In this document: one piece after another, positions 1 to 12,851 of the stretch
How the letters are laid out: the number at the start of each line of letters is the position of its first letter
Position numbering within the stretch: position 1 is the first letter of the stretch
NCBI GenBank assembly: GCA_050575255.1
Contig: JBNZDD010013665.1
Location: 1,882,016-1,946,015, forward strand
Length of the DNA stretch: 64,000 nt
Reading direction: 5' to 3'
DNA from: Harriotta raleighana
Taxonomy: Eukaryota
Program-made: the position numbers and the translations under genes
The notes under the pieces: generated by a model
Databases searched by the model: none
The model's input: the letters and a program-made list of their open reading frames with translations, nothing else
What the model was told of the DNA's origin: nothing

Positions 1-506
1 ATCAACCCATTAAAGCTGGGCTGGTGCTCAACTGAAGTCTAAGACCTTCTGGTTTCCCCCCACCACGAAAGCTCTCGACTCTAACCCAATTACTCTATTG
101 TTTCTGTGCTGTTGCTCAATTCATTTTCTGTTGTTCCTCCTCCTATTTGTCCAGTCCTATTATTAAATATTATGAGCGCAGCCTCAGTAATTACTTGTGG
201 GCAAATATTCTGTAATCCTCTAACCAGAGAACTTTCAACTGATGTTCCGGTGAACACTTCCGTATAAGGTGCTCTCCTGTTACTTTATATGGTAATGGAC
301 AATTAGTGTTGATTCAGATGAAGGAGATCAAATTTTAGCAAAAATGAATAACTTGGATCAGTTGTGTGGGCGCGGATTAATTTGTAGCAAATGCAGTTCG
401 ATACGGAAGAATGAGCAAGAAAGCAAAATAAGGTATGCATATGTGTGTGTGTGTGTGTGTGTGTGTCTGTGTGTGTTGATTGTGTTGGATGGAAATAGCC
501 CATTAC

Positions 507-554
507 CTTGCCTGGTCTGAAATTGATTTTTCCCTGTTTGTTCAGCTTGGATTT
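507..554 (-). CDS. CRYBG2: CRYBG/AIM1-family gene, 48-bp coding exon immediately before the first beta/gamma-crystallin domain
   Basis: Pyrimidine tract TTTTCTTTTTTTTCCTTCTCAG acceptor; encodes KSKLNKQGKINFRPGK, matching the family motif (K/Q)GKLN(P/T)RPGK; AAG|GTAATG donor; phase 0-0. Paralogue assignment relies on synteny. Confidence 0.85.
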
Positions 555-1849
555 CTGAGAAGGAAAAAAAAGAAAATTGCTGATCTTCTGACAAATCAGA
601 TCTTTTAATTTCACAGAAACAACTATTTATGAATGTGTTGATTCCTCTTCCGAAGTCACAGTTGCCTGTGGAGCCCCTCCCTCCCAATGAACAATCCAGA
701 CTTGTAGGTCTCGCCTCCCAACACAAAACAATAGGTGTGGTACAACAGTTCAGTAATTTAAGAAGTTCTGCTTCCCAAATAGGCAAGCAATAAGACTGGG
801 AGGGTGGGGAGGTTTCTAGATCCTGGAAACCACAAGCTTGTATTGTATGTGATTTTATCTGATTAGACTCCAGTAGTTACCTCAATACACACTGTTCCCA
901 AGGTTCTTGCCATTCTGCCACCAATAAACCCCTAGGGGATAGGGAAGCAGTATGTGACACTCCAGGTAGAGAGTGTTCATATACAGCAGTGGGTTTCCAC
1001 ACATGTTGGACATCCGGATAACAAAAAAAATCCCTTTCCCAAGCAATAGCTTGTTTGCTTTGAGTCCATCAATGTCAGGATCTGAGATCATTTCACAATG
1101 GGACTGAACGTGCTATCAGCCCACTCAAACTACAGGTATTCCAATGATTTAATCTGATACCAGAGGTAAACATTTTACATTCTAACCCCCAGGGTGTCAC
1201 ATGAACTGTGTCTGCCTTTCCACTTCAAGATCATCAAAGCATCTTTCTCTGAAAAATATTTTTCCCTGCATTCCCCTCCCTCTGTTGTCGGAGGAATGTC
1301 AAGGGTGAAAAGGACCTTCACTCAGGCAATGCTGGGGACAAGCAGTTTCACTTATGAGGAGAAACTAGTGCTGGTTTCATTAGAACAGAGAAGTTCGAGG
1401 GAATATGCACACAAATGATCAAACTTAGCGCAGGTTTTTAATAGAAATACAGTTAATCGTCGTCGAAGGCGGCTTTATCGATTGTGAATTCAAGTATACG
1501 CGACAAAACAAAAGCATCACTTTTTTATGCATCGCGCGTAAAACTTGGCCCCCCATGCGCATGTGCACGCGTGAAGCCACTGATAGCTCCCGACTAAATC
1601 CGATGATTCCTCGGTTGGCTGGCCCTGCGCGCAATGCATTCCTGGGTAAATACAATAACGCTTCGGCCTTGGAGAATTCTATTGGATTGCATGCTAAACA
1701 GAAGAGACAGAGAGACAGGATCGTACAGTAATGTAGGCTAATCTACCCTGTTGTTTTAATATTTTATTGCTTTTTTTATTGCTTTACTGCTTTATCACTT
1801 TATTATAGCAAAAAAGTGATAAAGCCACTGTAATCTTTCTGCGTCTCCT

Positions 1850-2230
1850 GTCCCAACCGTCTGCTCCTCTCTGCCCCCCGCGCGCCCCCGAGAGTTTCTC
1901 TGCCTCCTATCTCCGTGAGCCCCTCCCCATCTCCCCGAGTCCCCCCTGCCCCTGATCGACTTTCTGCCCCTCCACATCCGCGAGTCCCCCGCCGCACCTC
2001 CGCAAGTCCCCCCCTCCACCTCCCCGAGTCCCCCCCGCCTCTGATCGGCTCTCTGCCCCCCACCTCCCCGATTCCCCCACCTCCCCGATTCTCCCCCCGC
2101 CCCCGATCAACTGTCTGCCACCCACCTCCCCGAGTCTCCCCGCCCCAAATCCACTCTCTGCCCCCCATCTCCCCGAATTCCCCCCGCTTCCGAGCGGTTT
2201 TCTGTTCCCTCCCTCCCCCCACCACCCACT
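1850..2230. repeat. C/G-rich minisatellite (~40-bp degenerate units, e.g. ccccgagtccccccgcctctgatcggctctctgccccccacct)
   Basis: Repeated ccccgagt/ccccgatt and ctctctgcccc modules visible directly; explains the spurious Pro/Gly-rich ORFs here. Confidence 0.85.
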
Positions 2231-2233
2231 CAC

Positions 2234-2290
2234 CGCTCCTCCCCGATTTCTCTCTGCCTCCCTCCCGGGCAGCCCTGATTTGCCCACTTC
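2234..2290 (-). CDS. CRYBG2: Candidate 57-bp in-frame cassette exon of the CRYBG gene (EVGKSGLPGREAERNRGGA)
   Basis: Long pyrimidine tract ending CCACCCAG, donor GCG|GTGAGT, phase 0-0, no stop, located between two phase-0 exon boundaries. Confidence 0.55.
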
Positions 2291-3308
2291 CTGGGTGGTA
2301 GGAGAGACGAGAGCAGAAAGAGTGGGGGTGGGGAGCAACAAGAGCGGGGAGGGGCAGGCTGAGCGAGGAGCGGGCCAGCCAGCTGTAGCTCGCCTCAGTA
2401 GGTACCTTGCATCGGATGTACTTGGAGGCTTGAGTTGGGTAGCCTGTGACTGGATTCCCCTAACCCCCCCCTTTTCCATTACTTCTTAAGCTTCTCCAAC
2501 GCGATTTCGTTGAGTGCGCAGTTTTCCAGCAACGTAAGCCCCTTGATCGACAAGGGTTGACTGTACACAGTTTTTTCCCCACAGTTTTGAGAACCAGAAA
2601 AAACAAATTTGCCCATAAAATACACAGTCAATCCGTTTTACAACGTATTCTGGGAAAAGCTCAACAATGCGATAAGATGTTATATCAAATGCAAGGATTA
2701 TCATCATTTATTGTTATTATATGGGTCAAATTATTTTCAGTGGTTGAAGAGGAAATTTGTCATAGTCGGGGAGGGGGAAGTGAATAAAGGGGGTAAGAGG
2801 TATGGGGGCTCATGTGTAATAATAATAATAATAATCCTTAGATTTATATAGCGCTTTCCACATCTTATTGACGTCCCAAAGCGCTTTGCAGAATACGACA
2901 ACATCCCAAAGTAGGGACCAGAGTGGGAGGGGGGCAGGGGTCGAGGTAGGGAGAAAAAAGGGGGAAGAAAGGGGGGGTAGTATAAAAGGGTGTAGTATAA
3001 GAACAGCAAGATATAAAAAACTAGATGAGCTGAATAGCCTGTTTCCATTCTGTAACTCCATACGGTCAATGAACATTGATTTGAGATCTAAAAAAACCAC
3101 AAATGGATTCAATTCAATTGCGAACACGTGAAATTCCTATTTTTTTCTCTCTATACCAAGCAGACACAAGGAAACGCTACTTCATTGGTGGTTACGGGTT
3201 GGCTGATCTAGTGGCTTTATTGATAGCGCGGGGGAGAGTAGGTAGTTGGGGAATGGAGGGGTACTCATAGGAGATCGTGCATTGGAATTATTCAGGCTGA
3301 TTACTCAC

Positions 3309-5031
3309 CTGTGCAGTTGGAAAGGGGTTCACCTTAGGAGGCTGCTGTTGAGTTGGGGGCAATTGGTACTCCAGAGAAGAGGGTAGGAATGGTATGTGGT
3401 GTTGAAAGTTCAGATCAGTCCTGGGGATGATCATGCTGTCCGACCTCAGCCAATCGGGCGCAACGAGCGGCAAGTTCGATCGCTCCGTAAAACGCCCATT
3501 GAAAGAGCTGGAAAGTGCAGGAGTCGTCGGGAGCTGATCTGAGAAAGTCATTAATTTACTGACGTCCTCCTGCGATTGGCTTCTGGTGACTAGATTCGGT
3601 TTGCTTGGTAACTCAATTTGTGGACCATTTGCCAGGCGGGTTTTCCGGGCCAGCTCCAGGGAGTGGCTGGAGAAGGACTCCCCAATTTTCCTGTGGCCAG
3701 ACAGCACCGTGCTATTGTCCATCCAGGACCATCGGCTTTCCCCATTGATGGGTTCCTTGTTTTCTGCCACCTCTCCGAGCTCCACCTTTGTGCGAGAGAA
3801 GAGGTTGGATTGGAAGACAATGCTGTTCTCTGCCGAGGCTCGCCGGATGCCCATATTGGGTTTCTCCTCCAGCTGCAATTTCATCATTTGTCCAGGGGTC
3901 AGAATCTCTTTCTTTGGTGATGGCTTTAGGAAATCCATCGAGGGCAGAGGGGAAACGGTTGTCGTCAGGGAGACTGGCTGTGGTAGATCAGCTAAGATGT
4001 TCTCCCTGGGAGCCTTACTCTCTTCAGCAGAAGGACTTTCAGATCCCTTTGGGGAAGCCTGATCTTCTTTTATCGGAGCCAATGTGGAAAAAGACAGAGA
4101 GGTTGACCTCTGAGGTTTAGAAACTTTGCTACGTCTCACAGGGGCGTCCGGGCTGCGAATAGTATCTGTAAATTGTTCTATTTTCGAAGACTCTTCAGGG
4201 CTTTCAGACAAACACTCAGGTCTTCTTCCCTGCAGATCTTGGTTGAGGATTTCACCTGAGAATGCCTTAGGCTCAGCAATACTTCCAATTACCTGGAGGG
4301 AATGCTCAGCACTTTCTTCCAGCTGCTGGTCGGATTTCAGGTTGTGACCCAGAATATTTCCAGATAGGAGGGAAGGGCTCCCAGTCGTTTGGGTATAGAT
4401 ATTTTGGGATGGAGACTTTGTGTCAGTGGCAGATTGAGAGTAAATGGAAGAAAAGCTAACATTTCCCTGTGAAACACTCTGTTGATTGATAGTATTTGCA
4501 GCTGGATTCAGAATTCTTAAAAACCTTGTGTCAGCCTGACCATAATCTTGAGGTGGTTCACCTTGGGTGTGGCCTTCTGTGAAGCGGGTGTATATAGTAT
4601 TACAGTTTTTAATAGTTGTTCCAGGGCTCTTCATCTCATCTTTCCATTCACCCTCTAGGCTCTGACCGACTCCACTCTGAACACGCCCTTCATTTTTGAT
4701 TGGGATTTTGTAGGCTTTGAAGTTCAATTCCGAGCTGTCGAGGGGTGATCCATCCACCTTGGCTTCTTCTATCTGTCTGGTGTCTGGGGCCCTCTTTGTG
4801 TCCTGGTTCTCTAGGCTGAACAGACTCTGGAAATGACTGGGACGAATCATGATTTGGGGTAACTGCACCCTGGAGTTACCTGACCAGAGCTGGGAATTCC
4901 TCGCTTGGATTTGGCTGCTGGTTGGGACAGGCAGCATTGTGGCCGCTTCTTCGTCTTCCTCCTTCACCAGGAATCTAGCAAGCCCCTCCGCTGCCAGCAG
5001 GGAACTATCCAACAGGAAGGCACCCCCACTA
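3309..5031 (-). CDS. CRYBG2: CRYBG/AIM1-family gene, large low-complexity exon (1723 bp)
   Basis: Within ORF 3288..5270; acceptor TTTTGCAG|T (phase 2), donor CAG|GTGAGT (phase 0). Contains CRYBG-type motifs IEQFTDTIRSPDAP...STLAPIKEDQ and RRASAENSIVF. Confidence 0.85.
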
Positions 5032-5898
5032 CTGCAAAACACAGCGACACACACACACAAGATATTTACAAAGGAATTTAGAGAACAATTTGAAGACAAA
5101 CAATGTACTGTAATAAGAAAAGGAGTAGGGAGCGGGATTAGAGGAGAGAGCTCCAGTTGGACAGGGATCATCAGTACAGACACGATGGGGAGGGAGAGAG
5201 CAGGGAACTGGATTAGAGGAGAGAACTCCAGTCGTGGGTTTAGATAGTCCCGGACTTCAGTTGAATTCACTCTTCAATTGAAATGCTGAAATTCGAAGCA
5301 CTCTGAGATGCCGTCCGGCGTGGAGGGCGCTATATAAATAGAAGTTGTTGTTGTTGTTGAAATCTACGTTCGCAGCACAGGCCACTTCCAAGGTTCAAAA
5401 GATGACGACGACAACAACAACAACAAAATTACACTTGTGGAGGGCCTTTCACGTCAGAAGGACGTCCCAAAAGATTCAAAAGACGGAAGAAAATAAGATA
5501 AACAAGGAATTGATGTTGAGGATACATCGAATTTAAATTTGGTTTAAAGTGCTCTGAAGGTAGATGGGAGCAGAGGAGCTGGGCATTCAGCAGGTTTTCA
5601 AGGCTGAGATGACACAGGCAGGAGGGAGGATTTTGATATGTCTTTTGCGAGGAACAATTACTGGAGCATGTTAACATGATCACAAAATATACAGTCAATA
5701 CATTGTACAATATGTTCTGTGAAGTGCTTTGAGATATCTCAACCACGTGATCAGGTGCTGCTTAATACAGTAATACTAATCCTTGCATTTAACATAGTTA
5801 AATGTTTTACTATGTTGTTATGTAGCACTGTGTAAGTTGCTGTTTGCTCAAGACTCCTCTCCAGTCTGAAGTTGCTGTGACTCTTAGTGTAATCTCTC

Positions 5899-6293
5899 GG
5901 GAGCCTTGTAGTGTATTGGTTAGAGCACTTCACTCGCAAGCAAGAGGACCCGGGTTCTATTCCAGTGGAGTCCCGAAGCTCAGTGCTTAGAGCACTTGCC
6001 TTGTAAGCGAGAGTCCTGAGTTCGATTCCAGGGAAGGCGAAACCTTGGGCAAGTTTCCTTACTACCTCATGCCTGATAATAATCCCTTAAGAAAATAAGG
6101 GATTATAAATAAATTAGTCCCCCAATCCACAACTGTTTGTAGGTCATCGCTGCGTGCAATTGGTGGGTGTAATTAAACCCATAAAATGCACAATCAATTC
6201 ACTTTACAATGCATATTTGATGACGTACTTGAGACTTCTTGACAACAAGATAAGACGCGACATCAAATCAAAGTATTATTAGTATTATAATAT
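5899..6293 (+). mobile_element. tRNA-derived Deu-type SINE carrying two tandem tRNA heads
   Basis: Two A/B-box heads (5899-5965, 5967-6030), then body GGCGAAACCTTGGGCAAGTTTCCTTAC, Deu-like GCTGCGTGCAATTGG and ATT tail. Confidence 0.8.
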
Positions 6294-6648
6294 AAGAATT
6301 AGACAAATTCTGGACCCACTAAAATATCAGGCTAACAGAGCCATCGCTGAAATGTTATAAATCATATACCCCCACCCCCCCACCACCCCCACACTCACAC
6401 AGCTTAAAACATTACACTGTATTCCCAATGTGTTGAAACTTTTTTTTAAAAAACAGAGACAAAAAAAAATACAAACTTTAAAAGGAATAAACTAAAGTTT
6501 GCTGATGGTTTGGGAGGGGGGGGATAGAGAAAACTCAAGACTAGATCACTGGGTGGGGGGGCGGGGGGTTTGTTATGTAGAGGAGCAGAGTCTGTGGAGT
6601 CGTTTTGCTGTGGTTACAAGGTGTAATAGAATATTTTACAGATCTTAC

Positions 6649-7526
6649 CTGGGGGCAGGTGTGGCTGTGTGAGCCGGGCTCTCTGTGGTGTGTGGAGCCG
6701 GGATCTGGCTGACCTGACCTGGGAAGCTTTCAGTCAGTGTCTGCTCGGCAGTGAGGGGCAGCTCCTGTGTGAGTCTCTTGCCCTGATACTGACTGAGTCC
6801 CTCTCCCCGAGTGGGAGATCCCTGCTGTTTGCTCAGGTTTAATACCTGCCCTGCTCTGGGCGTTTCCCGGACGCTCAGGGGCGCGTCAGGGATCAGTTGC
6901 CGAACCGGCAGTTCCACTCTGTGGCTCTGAGAGTTACCAGCGAGCATCTGGTTATCCGGCACCACCCTCTCCTCCTCCACCACCTCTCGCCCCCTCTCTC
7001 CCTCCCCCTTTCCCTCGCTCTTCTCTCCCCCTGCTTCCCCTTTCTCTCCCGTATCTCCCTCTCCTCCCGCCTCTCTCTTCTCTTCCTCTCTCTCTGCCTG
7101 GGACAGCGTGATAGTTATATCATATTTCTTCTTTATATTCCTGGCAGGAATAGCGTGGCTGGAGCTAGGGTCAGGATCAGGGCTGGGGTTAGTGACGGTC
7201 TCTCTCTCCCCCAAGCCGCTTTGGAGCCGGTTTGTGGAGAGACTGAGCTCTGTGTTGTCTCCCCGGCTCGGCTGATGGGAGCAGCCGGCGGGTGAAGCGC
7301 TCTGAGGCGCCTGGGAGTCGTGTGGTCCCCCCGCTGAGCCGGTTTGGCGGCTGTCTACCCAGGGAGACCCCTGAGCCGGGGACTGGGGGAGACTGTCAGC
7401 CTCTGGCTCTCTCCCCGGCTCTGTTTGTGTGTGGCCGGAGTGATGGCTTCTCCCGTCGCTTTCTCCACAAACTTCAGCCAAGTTTCCTCTCCTCAAGTCG
7501 TAATCTGAGAAACTTTGGGAACGTTT
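6649..7526 (-). CDS. CRYBG2: CRYBG/AIM1-family gene, upstream low-complexity exon (878 bp; KRSQSFSDYDLRRG...TATPAP)
   Basis: Within ORF 6645..7613; acceptor CTTCTCTTGTTACAG|AAA (phase 0), donor CAG|GTAAGA (phase 2), matching the phase-2 acceptor at 5031. Confidence 0.78.
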
Positions 7527-7688
7527 CTGTAACAAGAGAAGGGGAGAGGCTGGGTGGGTAGGTGGGTAATGGGGTGAGCTCTCCTCTTCACACACAAACA
7601 CACACACACACACAGCCGAGATTCACACCAATAGCCAAGGATTATTATTAATAATAATTATATTCTTATTACAGCATCATATTATGTC

Positions 7689-7993
7689 GGACTCCTATGC
7701 CTCAGTTGTTAGATCACTCGCGTTACGAGTGATAGATCTGGGTTCGATTCTAGGCTGGTTAGTACAAAACCTTGGGCGAGTTTCCTTCCTCCACAAGCCT
7801 GATAATAATAATAATCCCTCTCTAAAAAAAATTGGTCATTTCAATCCACCGCTGTTTGTTGGGACACTGCTGTGCACAATTGGCTGCCGCGTTTTGCCCA
7901 GAAATATACAGTCAAATCACTTTCCAGCATATTCTGTGAAGCGCTTTGAGACGCCTAGACGACCCGAAAATCGCTATATCAAATGCCAGGATC
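7689..7993 (+). mobile_element. tRNA/Deu SINE, subfamily A
   Basis: tRNA head, GGGACACTGCTGTGCACAATTGGCTGCC core, GTGAAGCGCTTTGAGAC...AAATGC tail. Confidence 0.85.
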
Positions 7994-8274
7994 CTTGCGT
8001 TTGATACAGCGCTTTTACCACAAGATTGAGACGTCTCAAAGAGCTTCACGGAATATACAACAGCATTTACGTAGCGTCCTTCACATGGGGTAATGTCCCG
8101 GGAATATATTATAAAGTGAATCGAGTGTGTATGTGGTGGACAAAACGAAACGCGGCAGCCAATTGCACATAGCTGTGTCCCGAAAACAGTCGTGGACCGA
8201 ATGACTTTTTTTTTTGAGAGAGATTTTTACCCCACAGAAAGCGATCCACCAATCGAACAACAATTTGGCTCATT

Positions 8275-8645
8275 CTTAATAATATTTGCATTTGACGTGG
8301 AGCATCAGAAGTGTCGAGGGCTTCACCGAATTATATTGCAAAGTGAATTAACTGTGCATTGTATGGGTGAAACACATCAGCCAATTGCGCACAGCAGTGT
8401 CCCACAAGCAGTTGTGGATTGAGTGAGCAATTTAAAAAAAATGATTCACTTATGTATTTTGAAGGGGTTTATTGCCCCCCAGAAAAGCAAGCAGAAAGTA
8501 GGAACAACCGGTTTCCAAATTACTGCTGGTAAACCGAGGTGTGTGGTGTAAGGAAACCTTACCTGAGGTTTTGTGCCCTGCCTGGGAATCAAACCCGGGT
8601 CCGCTCACTTGCAGCACGAGAGAGCTAACCAACTGGACAAGCTCC
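8275..8645 (-). mobile_element. tRNA/Deu SINE, subfamily B
   Basis: Reverse-complement head, GTTTACCAGCAGTAA segment, Deu core and tail; approximate ends. Confidence 0.75.
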
Positions 8646-11600
8646 TTGGGATAACAGCAACTTTATAAAGCTCCCTGCACACATCCTCCAGACGAGATGT
8701 TAATGCAACTTATTGTTGTTGGATTGAAAGACTTGTCACATTAAAAACCATGTAAACTAGTGACAGAAATGCAACGAAGGGCAGGGTTAAGGGTTTGTTC
8801 TGCCTCAGGTAAACTGCAGGTACACCTGGCTCGAGGGACAAATTCTCTACTCCGTTACTGTTAAAACCGGTACAGGCAAACAACAAGGTCACCACCGTAC
8901 TCCGTGCCTAGTGGATAATCTGTTTTCTGGTGGGAAAAGTCACTTTTCTCCTCTCTCAGGACGCCAGGGCTCAGGTTACAACCGCAACATTTGGGGGCAG
9001 GTTTGGGATGAAAACCAGAAGTTTTTATCAATCAGGTGTAAAAGTCCCAAACATTACTGTCAAATACAGCCAATGCTTATTGTCGATTGTTGTATCCGCA
9101 GATATCTATTTATCTGGACGACTGTTGGCCAGGCTACTGGGAGAAACTCCCTTTTGTTTACCAACAGTGTCACAGAAGCCTTTTAAACACAGATTGGAAA
9201 AGTTAACCGGGATCTCGGTTTAATATCTCATCTGAAAAGGACCGCAGCTGTGACAATGATATATTTGGTCATGATCCTTATACGGGATACAAGTGCCTTA
9301 ACCCACACTGTTGAGATGCCTCAAAGCGCTTACAATGCGGTGCTCCCCTCACACACCAAACTCACACACACACTCATACAGCATTGCACTCGTGCGTCAG
9401 CCTGGACTGTCTGAGAGAGAGAGAGAGAGAAAAAAAGAGAGACTTTCAACTCAATAAAAATTATCAAGGAAAAGGTCAGATGGGAGGAGCAGTCTACATT
9501 CCGGAAAGTGAGGAGGTAGAAGATAAATAGGGGTTTCAATGTCAGAATAATAATGAACATTGGGTTTGATACAAAGCCTACAGGGAGAGTGCAGGGAATA
9601 TGAATAGCGTGCTGGGGTAGGAGAATGAGCACTAGTACAGACACGATGGGGAGAGAGAGAGAGAGAGAGAGAGAGCATGGAATGGAATTAGAATATGGAA
9701 CTCCAGTGGGGGGGGTGGGGGGAGCGAGCACAGACATGATGATAATAATAATAATAATAATCTTTGCATTTAATATAGCGCTTTTCATGTCCTCTAGACA
9801 TCTCAAAGAGCTTCAAAGAATATACAGTACAGTACTGTAAAGTGAATTGACTGTATATTTTGTGGGTGAAACACGGCAGCCAATTGTGCACAGCAGTGTC
9901 ATCACAAACAGTCGTGGATTGAAATGACCAAATTTTTGTTTGAGGGATTATTATTATTAGGCATTAGGTGGAGTAAGAAAACTTACCCAAGGTTTCTCCC
10001 TGGTGATGGGAGAAGAGAACGGTGAATGGAGTTAGAGTAGAGTGCTCTAGTGTGAGAATGAGCACTCAAAAAAATCTAATTATAATCATGTGCAGGAATG
10101 TTGCACAATTTTAAACAAAAACCTACACAATTTTGGCTGTGAGAAAAAATTGTGGAAATGTCACCATTTGACAAGTTAATCCATGACTTTTCAGGGGACA
10201 ACACTTGCTTGGAACTGGGATCTGTTAATCCTGAAGTGAAGTCATACATTGAATATCAGATGAGCAATTAAGTACTCCTAATCTATATTGTCTCTCATGA
10301 TTCATGCCAATGCTTCTGGGATCGTCTGTATACATGAGGAATGAAGAATTGATTGCCAGTGTGAATTAGTTTTACTGGTTGTACAGCATCTTATCACACC
10401 AACACATCTCACAGCTTCCTGAGGGATTGCTGTCAGGTGTAGTGACTGTTTATAGACAAATCCGGTCAATTTAGCCTCATCCACATTCCACAAACCAAGG
10501 GGGAGAGGGGTGGGCGAAAACTTTCCCATTAGCGCTGTTCAATTTCTAAGGTCCACTCGATCAGGCACACAGCACCTACCTCCATTGAAATGTCTAATTC
10601 AAAGTCACTGCAACTCTCTTTCTCCACTCCTCCCAGCACTGTGCTGGAGCGTGAGCCTGGTTTGTGAGTTTGGAGACCTCGATGTGGGGTTTGCACCTTG
10701 AGGTGAATGCAAGCGACTGAATCTGTCTTGGAAAAGGCACGGGGATCGGCTTTTAAGGAGGGCGGGATGTTGTTCTACAAAATATTTGTTCGCTTCAACG
10801 CATATTTGAGGCTCCGCAATCTCCGGAGTCTCCGCAGTCTCTCATTCCGCAGTCTCAGGCGCGCTCTGGCAGGTCAGCTTAGGAAGCTTTCAGTGGCTAA
10901 TCGCTGTTGACATGCAGAGCTGTGGTCAGAGTTGTGAGCTCTGTGTGCCCGTAAGGCAATGGTGCCCTTTTAATTCTGTAGTTTCCTCCACCATAAATTG
11001 ATTTGGCATTTGAATTAATTGTTGCATAAACCTGAAACCAATTACTATTGAGGCAAAGTGATGGATCAGCATCTTTAGGGCTTGTGATGGGCGTTGTCAC
11101 TAGTTTTTTGGGGGTGGCGGGGGAAGGAAGCTTGCACAATTAGCATTTTCACTGAATCCCAGCCAAAGGCTTCGGGCATTCTTCTTTTAATTACCGAAAA
11201 ACATAATATACTTGCTGGTGCAAGTACTTCTGAAAGGCCAGTGATCAGCTGTACCAGGTGCTTCTATTTCACACGGCCTTTATCTATTGTCTTCAACTGC
11301 TTGTCAATACTCGTGCTGTTAGTTTTCCTTATCTCTCTCCCAGCCTAGCTATGCAGCTATAGACACTGCAAAGGAACTAGCCCTACTGGAGCTCTCTACT
11401 TTTAATTCCAATCCCTGATCTCTCTCCCAATCGAGCTGTGGAGCTCTCTATTCTAACTCTACGGGTTTTGGGGTGAGAAGGAGGCCTTGCACAATTAGCA
11501 TCTTCCCCGAGTTTCTCTCTCCCCGTGTCCTGGCCAACAATTCCCCCAAATAAAATTTATCCCTCATTTCATAGCTGTTTGTGGAACATATCTGTGCGTA

Positions 11601-12851
11601 ACTGTGCTGCTGTATATATACAGTCACTCCATTTTACAGTAAATCTTGTGAAGCACTTTCAGATATCCTTGTGACAGGATAAGGCCGCCATACCAAATTC
11701 AAGGATAATAATAATGTTATGATGACATCAAAACAATTTCTGATTCACTTATAGAATAGAGGTCAAAACAAAATCTTCTCTGATTTTGTTGCGAGAGAAT
11801 GTCAGGACGAAAATATCACAAGTCTGGGCAGAGCAAGGCTCCTCGGATGCCACTCCTCCAACCAGATTGCAACCTTAGTTGCAAACCATCCTCTCTGATC
11901 CACTACCTCTGCAGCCGAGGCAATTAATTCTCAATCTATTAATTTGCTCAGGACTGAAAATGTCAAGGAGCCATTAGCTATTGTTGAGTCACTGAGGAAT
12001 TTCCTGAGGACCTGCCCCCAATGAGAGTGGGAAGGACCGATCAGCCAGCGTGATTGCCACTGATGTGAAGTCTAAAGTTTGGGCTGTGGGCTTGGCAGAA
12101 CTTTGCTCTTTAAATGATCCCAGCTCAGGGGCATATTAGGAAATGCAACGAGAAACCCGTTGCTCTGATATTTTTACTTCCCGGCGCTCTCGCCTGGGCG
12201 TTTACAAAGCCCTGTTACCCCCGTTTTTTTTTCTTGCAATGAGTTTTTATATTCTGCTGCAGATAATTTGGGTGTGACAATGTCTGATACCATTAACTGC
12301 ACCGTCAAGAAACGTCAACATTCCTGGGTCTGTCTGTGAAAGACAATGGAAAACGTGCGGTCAGAGATATTGTTCTACCACAGGGTGGAAAGCAGACCAA
12401 GAGATTTTCTGCGGAGCTGGGACACTACAATAACAACAACTTACATTTACTTCATTTGAGATAGCGTCTCGCAGCCAATGTATAGATAGCTTCCTGATAG
12501 GAACTCTCATCAACTTGTCAAATACACAGATATACTACATTGAGGTATTTAAACATAAGGTGTGTTAACTGCAAGAATTATTGCTGTAATGCACTAAGAG
12601 GCTGGATTGACACTGGGAGATTTCTGTTGGGAAAACTTTTACAAGTCCCTTCCCTTGAATGCCATTTGAGCTGGATTCACATACATATACCTGGGGAAAT
12701 ACCTTGTGTCTGAATCCCCTGCAAACCCCTCACGGGCTCCGTCTGGGCTCCCATGGGAATGATTTCAGATCACTGTACCATCAAGAGAACGAAAGATGAA
12801 TCAAAGTCTCTGGCACACAAGGAGAGGGGAGAAAATCCTCTTCTCTCTCCT

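Noticed and set aside
1795-2479. Overlapping Pro-rich and Gly/Arg-rich ORFs
   Set aside because: Products of the stop-free minisatellite; only the 57-bp splice-bounded segment is retained.
5032-5270. Hydrophobic N-terminal extension of the 660-aa ORF
   Set aside because: Lies upstream of the acceptor at 5031 and is made of intronic repeat and (GT)n sequence.
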